From the NCBI GenBank assembly GCA_043811375.1, contig JBDRNJ010000016.1, positions 1 through 13,912 on the forward strand: 13,912 nt of DNA. Reading direction: 5' to 3'. A model generated the notes under the pieces. That model did not search any database, had not been told where the DNA came from, and saw only the letters and a list, made by a program, of their open reading frames with translations. Positions within the stretch are counted from its first letter, which is position 1. Each line of letters starts with the position of its first letter. The position numbers and the translations under genes were made by a program. This DNA comes from a bacterium (lineage in GTDB: Bacteria; Zixibacteria; MSB-5A5; GN15; FEB-12). Shown here in pieces: positions 1-6,998 of this stretch.

Positions 1-51
1 CCCGGGCAAATCCTCCTCCCGCCGCCGATAGAGTCCATTCGATTTCAAAAC

Positions 52-80
52 TTGCCACGATCCAGGACTCCGGTTAGCTT
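52..80 (+). promoter_or_regulatory. putative sigma70-type promoter of the cytochrome bd-like operon
   Basis: TTGCCA (52-57), 17-nt spacer, TAGCTT (75-80). GGAGAG Shine-Dalgarno at 115-120 precedes ATG 125. Confidence 0.45.
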
Positions 81-124
81 TGCATTAGAATGACTCGGAA
101 CATCTTCGGAATTCGGAGAGAACT

Positions 125-1645
125 ATGAACTATCCTTTTTGGGACGTGGCTATCGGCTACGGCTGGCTCATGGCCGGTATCGCGATCATCCACGTCTTTG
201 TGTCCCATTTCGCTATCGGGGGTGGGCTTTACCTGGTAGTGGCCGAGACCTTCGCCCGCAAAAACAAGGATGAACTCAAGCTGACCTATTTGCAGGGGCT
301 GTCGAAGTTCTTTGTCTTGACCACCCTGGTCTTTGGCGCTCTGACCGGGGTCGGAATCTGGTTCATCATCGGCCTGCTCAACCCGACTGCCACCGAGATG
401 CTGATCCACAACTTCGTCTGGGGCTGGGCCACGGAGTGGACATTTTTTGTCATCGAGATACTGGCCGCAATCATCTACCTCTACGGTTGGAAGACGATGT
501 CGGCCGCCAACCATATCAAGATCGGCTGGATATATTTCTTTGCCGCCTGGATGTCGCTTTTTGTCATCAACGGCATCCTGAGTTTCATGCTTACCCCCGG
601 CGAGTGGCGGGTCACCGGAGATTTTTGGGACGGCTTTTTCAACCCGACTTTCTGGTCGTCACTGACTCTCCGAACCGGCATTTGTATCATGCTGGGTGGG
701 TTGTATGCTATACTGGTCGCATCGCGCCAACCCGACAAAGACTTCAAGGGTCGCCTGGTCGCCTACAACGCCGTCTGGGCGATTATCGGCATTGTGATCG
801 TAGTCCCTTGCCTTTTCTGGTACTGGCACAGTATCCCGGCCGAGGTAACCAATGTTGCTCTGGAATCAATGCCGATGCCTATGCTCTCATGGTGGTGGGT
901 ATATGTTAGCGGCATTGTTCTGTTCTTGCTGATTGTTCTGTTCGGATTCCTGGCGCGACGGCAGGCCAATCTCGTCTTCGCGATTGTCCTGCTGGCCGTG
1001 GCGCTGGTGGCTTTTGGATCCTGGGAGTGGTTCCGCGAATCGATTCGCAAGCCCTGGATCATCAGCGGCTATATGTGGGGCAACGGCACCGAGTTGGCCC
1101 TGGCCGACGACTATCAAAGCCGGTCGCTGCTGCATTTTGTCAAGTTCCGTACCGGCGATGACGGCAAAGATCTCTTTTTGCATTCCTGTCGTTCCTGTCA
1201 CACCATTGACGGCTACAAACCACTGAGACCGGCTTTTGACGGCACCGATCAGGAGTTCATCGCCCGCATGGTTATCGGTACCCACGTTATGAAAGGCAAT
1301 ATGCCGCCGTATCTGGGCCCCGAGAAAGACGCCTCGCTATTGGCATCGCATATCTACAAGCAACTCGACCACCGGCATCTGGCTGAAATATACGGCCTGG
1401 CCGGGGTCGATTTGGGAGCTAAAGTGTATGACATTCGCTGCGGCAAATGCCATGAATTCGGCGGCTTTAATGACAAGTCGGAGTCGTTGCTCGGTCTGAC
1501 CGATGAAGACTACAACGATCTTTTGGACATGGCCGGTGACTTTGCCTGGGAGATGCCCGATTTCACCGGTGACGAGCAGGAACGGTCGGCGCTGATCGAG
1601 TTCCTCAAACTAAAGAGCCAAGAGCAAGTGGAAGGGGGTCGGTGA
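125..1645 (+). CDS. cytochrome bd oxidase subunit I (CydA)-superfamily protein fused to a dihaem cytochrome c domain (OR-C-like)
   Basis: 506 aa with about 9 hydrophobic helices. CydA-like motifs: HVFVSHFAIGGG (TM1 His), TEWTFFVIE (E99/E107-like), SFMLTPG, FFNP, EWFRESIRKPW (like AEYGRQPW). C-terminal CRSCH (nt 1187-1201) and CGKCH (nt 1439-1453), each followed by an MP motif (NMPPY, EMPDF) typical of a distal Met ligand. Good SD. Confidence 0.85.
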   Translation: MNYPFWDVAIGYGWLMAGIAIIHVFVSHFAIGGGLYLVVAETFARKNKDELKLTYLQGLSKFFVLTTLVFGALTGVGIWFIIGLLNPTATEMLIHNFVWGWATEWTFFVIEILAAIIYLYGWKTMSAANHIKIGWIYFFAAWMSLFVINGILSFMLTPGEWRVTGDFWDGFFNPTFWSSLTLRTGICIMLGGLYAILVASRQPDKDFKGRLVAYNAVWAIIGIVIVVPCLFWYWHSIPAEVTNVALESMPMPMLSWWWVYVSGIVLFLLIVLFGFLARRQANLVFAIVLLAVALVAFGSWEWFRESIRKPWIISGYMWGNGTELALADDYQSRSLLHFVKFRTGDDGKDLFLHSCRSCHTIDGYKPLRPAFDGTDQEFIARMVIGTHVMKGNMPPYLGPEKDASLLASHIYKQLDHRHLAEIYGLAGVDLGAKVYDIRCGKCHEFGGFNDKSESLLGLTDEDYNDLLDMAGDFAWEMPDFTGDEQERSALIEFLKLKSQEQVEGGR

Positions 1646-2703
1646 TGAATCTGCCTGATTATAATTTCCTGTCGGCCCCGCTGTGGCTGGTGACATTGCT
1701 GCACTGGATTACCCTGACTTTACATTTTGTAGCCATGAATTTTGTGTTGGGTGGTGGGCTGGTGTTGCTGTTTGGAAAACTAGACGACAAGTGGAACCAT
1801 CCCATCATACGGCGTTTCATAAAACTCTTTCCCACCCTGATGGCGGCCACGATCACCCTCGGCGTGGCGCCGCTGTTGTTTTTGCAGCTGACTTTCCACC
1901 GGCAGGCTTACAGTGCCGCCATCGTTAGCGCCTGGCCCTGGTTGTTTGTCCTGGTGGCCGTCATGATCGCCTATTATCTGCTCTACGGGGCCTCGTTTGC
2001 CAAAAACGCCAAACACTCAACGCTCCTGGCGCTGGCGCTCATTTGTATGGCCTATGTGGCTTTTGTCTATAGCGCTACATTCGCCCTGGTCGAGCGACCG
2101 GCTGCCATCGCTCAGCACTACGCCGACAACCAGTCGGGCCTGTTTATCAATCCTGATATCGGAGCCTATGGCCTGCGTTGGCTGCACATGATACTGGGAG
2201 CGCTGACTGTTGGTGGATTTTTCGTTGGTCTACTGGGCCGAAGTGATGACAAAGTCTATGCGCTCGGCAAAAAATTCTTCCTGTACGGCATGGTGGCCGC
2301 TATGATCATCGGTCTGGCTTATCTGTTCACCCTGGGCGTTGATCTGCAACCTTTTATGCGCGGCTACGGCATCTGGTCGCTGACGGTTGGCATCATTCTA
2401 TCGCTGGCGGCGCTGCACTTCTTTTTCAAGAAGTCATTCTTTGCCGCCGGGGCGATGACCCTGGTGTCCATGCTGGCTATGGTCATTACCCGCCATGCTT
2501 TGCGCCTGGTGCGTCTGGACGGCATCTGGGAGCCGGCCACCATCCCGATCAGGCCGCAATGGTCGGTGCTGGCAATGTTCCTGATCTGTTTTGTGTTGGC
2601 GCTGGGGTTAGTGTGGTATATGTTGCGATCGTACTTCGGCAGCATCCCGGCGACCGCCAAAAAAGGCAAGGCGCGGGCACGGAATAAGAAAAGTGACAGC
2701 TAG
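1645..2703 (+). CDS. polytopic membrane protein, partner subunit of the bd-like oxidoreductase (probably a CydA-fold paralogue)
   Basis: ATG 1645 overlaps the upstream stop (TGATG), suggesting translational coupling; GTG 1642 is an alternative start. About 9 TM helices with intramembrane His in LHWITLTLHFVAMN, NP...RWLHMILGA and TRHALR. Basic C-terminal tail. Confidence 0.75.
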   Translation: MNLPDYNFLSAPLWLVTLLHWITLTLHFVAMNFVLGGGLVLLFGKLDDKWNHPIIRRFIKLFPTLMAATITLGVAPLLFLQLTFHRQAYSAAIVSAWPWLFVLVAVMIAYYLLYGASFAKNAKHSTLLALALICMAYVAFVYSATFALVERPAAIAQHYADNQSGLFINPDIGAYGLRWLHMILGALTVGGFFVGLLGRSDDKVYALGKKFFLYGMVAAMIIGLAYLFTLGVDLQPFMRGYGIWSLTVGIILSLAALHFFFKKSFFAAGAMTLVSMLAMVITRHALRLVRLDGIWEPATIPIRPQWSVLAMFLICFVLALGLVWYMLRSYFGSIPATAKKGKARARNKKSDS

Positions 2704-2763
2704 TCTTTGTGACTGGGCTGAATTGCCTGCCGAGGATGATGTTCATGGGAGATTAACGACGCT

Positions 2764-2970
2764 ATGTCCAAAAAACTGTATCGTTCTGTAAAAGATGTAA
2801 AGATCGCCGGTGTTTGCGCCGGCGTCGCGGACTACTTCGAAGTGGATCCGACCATGGTCCGTTTGGCCTGGGTAATCTTTTTCCTGGCCGGCGGCAGCGG
2901 CCTGTTGGCTTACATCATTGCCTGGATATTTGTGCCCCAGGAACACCACCCGCCCGGATCGCCGACCTGA
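2764..2970 (+). CDS. pspC: PspC domain-containing protein (phage shock protein C family)
   Basis: KKLYRS...[22 protein letters not shown]...[11 protein letters not shown] is the canonical PspC signature. GGGAG SD upstream. Confidence 0.92.
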   Translation: MSKKLYRSVKDVKIAGVCAGVADYFEVDPTMVRLAWVIFFLAGGSGLLAYIIAWIFVPQEHHPPGSPT

Positions 2971-3104
2971 TCGGCACGGCCCGGCGACCGTTCTGATTGA
3001 TGCTTCTGGCGTAGTGAGCAGAATGGCAGGACGACACCCCCTTAGGGGTTTCTACACCAGGTATCACGCGCAGCGAGTTGTCGAGACTGCTATAGGTTTG
3101 GTCG

Positions 3105-3362
3105 CTAGAGCGCGGTGAGCAGGTGGACGATACCGCCGATGATCAACCCGATGATCAGAATCGGTATAAAGACGACCGCCAGTCCGCCAAATACTCCAGC
3201 CACAGCTCCAACCAAACCGGCGGCAACTCCGACAACGGCCCCGATTACTCCAGCCACAACGCCAAATAAAGCCCCGACCAACCCGATTATGACGCCTATC
3301 CCACCGCCACCGAGAATCATCATCAGCGCCATTACTAGCAATGTGATACCGACAATACGCAT
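3105..3362 (-). CDS. small glycine-rich membrane protein (GxxxG/GxxG repeats)
   Basis: 85 aa, almost entirely hydrophobic with periodic Gly. AAGGGA SD upstream of ATG. Convergent with pspC. Confidence 0.7.
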   Translation of the reverse strand: MRIVGITLLVMALMMILGGGGIGVIIGLVGALFGVVAGVIGAVVGVAAGLVGAVAGVFGGLAVVFIPILIIGLIIGGIVHLLTAL

Positions 3363-3417
3363 GAGCTATCTTCCCTTCTCGTCTCAATCCGAGTTTTACA
3401 GCCCTTCAGTTCTTATG

Positions 3418-3444
3418 TACGTAACGCAACCAATCCAAGTTGCG
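3418..3444 (-). promoter_or_regulatory. putative ECF-sigma promoter overlapping an inverted repeat, upstream of the Gly-rich protein
   Basis: Minus strand reads GCAAC-N17-CGTA (3443-3418), matching the ECF AAC...CGT pattern. It overlaps the inverted repeat CGCAAC-N8-GTTGCG (3425-3444). Confidence 0.35.
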
Positions 3445-3561
3445 CCTCGTAAGTTATTCAAGCAGGGCGTGTTAATCGGGGAACTCGCAAGCCGTGCGAT
3501 TGTTAGAAAGATGTGGCGAAAAACAGTACTCTTGAGTATATTTTTGGTGCAGTGGGCTACG

Positions 3562-3589
3562 TTAAGGTGGCCGTCTTCACCACCGATAA
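3562..3589 (+). promoter_or_regulatory. putative sigma28 (FliA/SigD)-like promoter
   Basis: TAAG-N15-ACCGATAA, compared with the consensus TAAA-N15-GCCGATAA. Points into ORF 3656..3856. Confidence 0.4.
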
Positions 3590-3655
3590 CTTGAATGATA
3601 CTAAACCGCGCAATCTCGGCCGGCATTCTGCGGGTCATAAGCAAAGGCGGATACG

Positions 3656-3856
3656 GTGGCCTTCGATTTCAGGACATTGGTGCCAATAGTAAGCACCGCG
3701 AGCATTTTCGGAGTCAGCTTCTCAGAAGTTTTGACGGCGGACGTGTATGTTGTCCCAAGGATTGCTCTAATATGTGGGGGTATGCTGCTCTTATCTGTCT
3801 TCGTTCGAATGCTGGGAAAGATCATCCTGACGATATTCCGGGATAGGCAGCGTTAG
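3656..3856 (+). CDS. hypothetical small membrane protein
   Basis: 66 aa, GTG start, weak SD (AAGGCGGA), hydrophobic segment with a basic C-terminus. Fills the gap before a convergent gene and has a sigma28-like motif upstream. Confidence 0.35.
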   Translation: MAFDFRTLVPIVSTASIFGVSFSEVLTADVYVVPRIALICGGMLLLSVFVRMLGKIILTIFRDRQR

Positions 3857-3882
3857 TCATCTCTGGTCAATCTTCCGCTCTT

Positions 3883-4668
3883 TTACTGCCGGGGTGGGTG
3901 CGATTGCTTAGGATCTCGTTTAGCTATCGCTTTTACCATGAGTTGCTGACCCCAAGCCGTAGCCAAGACCATTATCAGGCAAGTTGCACCCACAACTGAA
4001 AGTACCAGGCATGACCAATAAGCGCTGGCCATAGCCTCTCCAGCATCGCATGTGAACAAGGCTACCAGATACCAGAAGAACATGATAACACTAAGGATGA
4101 AGATTACTCCAAGAACAACGGCCAGCCACGGTATTTTCATACCAAAATACTCGCCCCAGGTTTCCCTTAACTTCTCGCCCTCTAAGTATATGTCGGGCAT
4201 TGGCTTGTCGTGCAAATATGTCCACGCTGCCGCAATCACACCCCACAATGAGAGGTAGAGAGTGATCAGGTCGACATGATTGCCAGGTTCTGGCCAACAC
4301 GGCCATGCCTCTGGCTCTTGGTCTTCATGACTTGTGGTGGATACTCCAGTTGTAAGATACTGCGCCTGAGACTTTAGGTCATCAAGACACATAGCGTATG
4401 ACGTGGCGGCTAAAACGAGTTGACGGCCGATACTGTCCAATGAATCGAGCTTAGGTGTAACAGTATCGGACACACGCTGATAGGTCTTCTCTAAGGTAGT
4501 ACAAGCGTTAGCCACCTGCTGACCCGCGATCTCTACGGTGCTGTCGAGATAATCTCCAGTGGTGTCAGAAGCTGATCTGTTGCAGTCGCTGAGACCCAAT
4601 GCCAAGACGACTGTCAGCAAACCAAGAATTATCACACGCGCCCCCGTTGATGCCATGACACTACGCAT
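3883..4668 (-). CDS. hypothetical membrane protein
   Basis: 261 aa: N-terminal signal or anchor helix, a helical soluble segment, then three C-terminal TM helices. Starts 12 bp after the stop of 4681..5382. No family recognised. Confidence 0.65.
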   Translation of the reverse strand: MRSVMASTGARVIILGLLTVVLALGLSDCNRSASDTTGDYLDSTVEIAGQQVANACTTLEKTYQRVSDTVTPKLDSLDSIGRQLVLAATSYAMCLDDLKSQAQYLTTGVSTTSHEDQEPEAWPCWPEPGNHVDLITLYLSLWGVIAAAWTYLHDKPMPDIYLEGEKLRETWGEYFGMKIPWLAVVLGVIFILSVIMFFWYLVALFTCDAGEAMASAYWSCLVLSVVGATCLIMVLATAWGQQLMVKAIAKRDPKQSHPPRQ

Positions 4669-4680
4669 CCAAGTTCCGGA

Positions 4681-5382
4681 TTAATGGACAGTCTCGGTTG
4701 ACTGATTTGGTGGAGCCAACAATTGCTCGTTCGAGAAACGCACCTGCCTCAACATCTGAAGTGCGAGTTCTGGATGGCCGGGTTTAAGCCTGCAGGCAGC
4801 CTCAGACTGCGAGCTCATTCCTTTAAACCTGCGCTCTAACCTGTCATAGACATGCGGATCCGAATGAATTAGGCCCTTTGATGGAGCAACCACACCCTTC
4901 GGGGCTTCGACGTAAGCCAATCGGGCCGAAGTTAACAACGCAAAATGAGAGATCACCTCATTTATGCTCTTGATCCATATGGAGATACGCTCGGGGCTGT
5001 CAAGCCATATGGCAAACAGAGGATGGACTTCGCGGATCTTATCTATCTGCTTTGGGTCATGTATCGTCAGATAGCCGTTGGCGTCGATTAGGCCCTTATC
5101 AACAGCATCCGGATAATGAGAAACAGTATTCCCCATAACAATGGCAATGTGGAGATGGCCGGCCTTTATAATCGGAGTTGCGTCCCGGTATACTTCCCAC
5201 CAAGCTTCGCCAGCGTACAGGCACAACTCCTTCTTCTCAGTTCTAAATGCCTCCAATCGCCCTTCGCCGCCGTAGTATGGCTTTGGCAGGTAGTGTAGAA
5301 TCGACGCCAACCGATATACGACAGCAATAATGACGATCGCCCCTGTTGAGGCGGCTACCCACAACGGAATCTGATTTATCAT
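4681..5382 (-). CDS. hypothetical protein with N-terminal TM anchor and an alpha/beta domain
   Basis: 233 aa ORF with AAGGGA SD and a sigma70-like promoter upstream. N-terminal TM helix. Confidence 0.7.
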   Translation of the reverse strand: MINQIPLWVAASTGAIVIIAVVYRLASILHYLPKPYYGGEGRLEAFRTEKKELCLYAGEAWWEVYRDATPIIKAGHLHIAIVMGNTVSHYPDAVDKGLIDANGYLTIHDPKQIDKIREVHPLFAIWLDSPERISIWIKSINEVISHFALLTSARLAYVEAPKGVVAPSKGLIHSDPHVYDRLERRFKGMSSQSEAACRLKPGHPELALQMLRQVRFSNEQLLAPPNQSTETVH

Positions 5383-5474
5383 ACTTGAACAATTCCCTTG
5401 GTTATTGAAGTTCCCATTCGAACCGAATCCTCCACGCCTACTGTCAATTTGGGCTCCAGTCCTGTCGGGTCAAC

Positions 5475-5503
5475 AATAAAACACTCAGCGGCAGTACAGT
5501 CAA
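5475..5503 (-). promoter_or_regulatory. putative sigma70 promoter of the 233/261-aa gene pair
   Basis: Minus strand TTGACT-N17-TTTATT. Confidence 0.4.
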
Positions 5504-5606
5504 CGGATTTCTTCTTCTTCTCGAAAGAACAGCGAGAACGGGCATAAAGAGGCAGTTTGGTGGATTTTTGGGCACTTTTCCCCCCGGTGTTCAGGTGGAT
5601 TGCGGG

Positions 5607-6725
5607 TCAGCGCGTAATACACTTCACCGCCTGATCCCGCTGGGGGACCAGACGGTCGAGATGGTACTTCGTCATCAGCCGCACCAGGCGCCCGGCGTCG
5701 CCGGTCCAGACCGTGCCGGTCTGTTGCAGCGTGGTCTGAAGCTGCCGCAGTCGCGCTGTCAACTGTTCGGCGCTGCCATCGTAAAGAAAGCCGGTCGGGT
5801 CGACCTGATCGTCGCCGCTCAGGAGCTCCGGATACGACAGCCGCGACGGCAGCAGCGGATAGGCACCGGCCGCCATCGCTTCTACTATCGCAATACCAAA
5901 GAACTCATGTCCCGCGGTCGACACCACCACGTCGGAGTGGGTCAAAATCTCGCGATACTCATCTCCGGATTCAACATATCCCCAGTGGGCGATCTGCAAT
6001 CTGAGTTGCCGGCGGGCTTGTTCAAAAACGGGCGGAATTTCCGCAAACTGTTCGCCCAATACCGACAATCTAAAATCACACCCCGATTCAGCAAGCATTT
6101 GCACAGCAGCAAAAAACACATCGGGGCCTTTGTCATGCTCCCAGCGGGCCGACCAGACAATCCGGAGCGGTCCCGGATCACGTCTCTGTCGCGGTGGGAA
6201 GGGCACAATTCCGGGCGGATGCACTTGGGTTTTTGCTCGAATCGCTGCGATTGCCCCCGGAAGCTGCCGGTCCGGCATGCGCTTCAGAAACACACCTGCC
6301 GCTTCAAGGAAGTCATCGCGGTGGTAGGCCGAGTTGAACCAGACCTGGTCGGCGGCCAGAGCGCTGGTGAGGTTGGTCATCGCAAAATGAAAATCGCGTT
6401 CGTGTTCGCGGCGCACCGGATAGGTAAACTGGTTTTCGTGAAAATAGATAACCGACGGCAGCCGAGCGACCTCGCGGTCAGCCAGGCCTCGGAATTCTGC
6501 CAGGTTGAGCATGTCGGTACAGAAAACCAGATCCCACCGCTCACCCTGATTCCAGCGGCGCTCGACTTCTTCGGCGAACGTCGCCGCGCTGTGGCGCATC
6601 AGCCATTTCCATTTTGTGGCAGGCAGTGTCAGGAGCGTCCACTGGTGCTCGGACCGCTCGATCCAGCTATCGAGAAAAACCTGATGACTACCGCCGTAGA
6701 ACGGTTCAAGAGCGAGGATGTGCAT
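5607..6725 (-). CDS. DUF3524/GTDC1-like glycosyltransferase (GT4, GT-B fold; homologue of animal tRNA-queuosine alpha-mannosyltransferase)
   Basis: Family motifs ILALEPFYGGSH, KWKWLMR, YFHENQFTYP, FNSAYH, WSARWEHDKGP, and the GT4 EX7E motif HEFFGIAIVEA. Confidence 0.88.
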   Translation of the reverse strand: MHILALEPFYGGSHQVFLDSWIERSEHQWTLLTLPATKWKWLMRHSAATFAEEVERRWNQGERWDLVFCTDMLNLAEFRGLADREVARLPSVIYFHENQFTYPVRREHERDFHFAMTNLTSALAADQVWFNSAYHRDDFLEAAGVFLKRMPDRQLPGAIAAIRAKTQVHPPGIVPFPPRQRRDPGPLRIVWSARWEHDKGPDVFFAAVQMLAESGCDFRLSVLGEQFAEIPPVFEQARRQLRLQIAHWGYVESGDEYREILTHSDVVVSTAGHEFFGIAIVEAMAAGAYPLLPSRLSYPELLSGDDQVDPTGFLYDGSAEQLTARLRQLQTTLQQTGTVWTGDAGRLVRLMTKYHLDRLVPQRDQAVKCITR

Positions 6726-6998
6726 TTGGTATGATTACAGAGCCGCACAACGTTTGTCAACCGCCGGGCATCAGCCGACCGGCCGGCCAATGAAGGCCGC
6801 CTGATTATCGATTTGGATAATTGGGCCGATCTTCGTATATATTATGTAGAGGGTCAGACAGAAGCCCCGTGATCCTGTCTTTGAAGACAGGCGTGGAGAC
6901 GCGCCGAAGGCCGCTCTCAATCCTGCTAGCCGTGGCTTTGATTCTACGTCACCTGTCCTGACTGTCGACAGACGTACGAGAAGCAACGAAAGCGATAA

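Noticed and set aside
3115..3594. 159-aa Pro/Thr-rich + strand ORF
   Set aside because: The Pro/Thr/Ala repeats are what the reverse complement of Gly/Val codons of the 85-aa gene would produce. No signal peptide.
5568..6734. 388-aa + strand ORF
   Set aside because: It is the antisense shadow of the glycosyltransferase, which carries clear family motifs. It has no recognisable features of its own.
6895..6920. GGAGA...CGCCGAAGG...CTCTCA resembling glycine riboswitch core motifs
   Set aside because: There is no room for the P2/P3 helices, the CAGG continuation is absent, and the downstream gene is unrelated to glycine metabolism.
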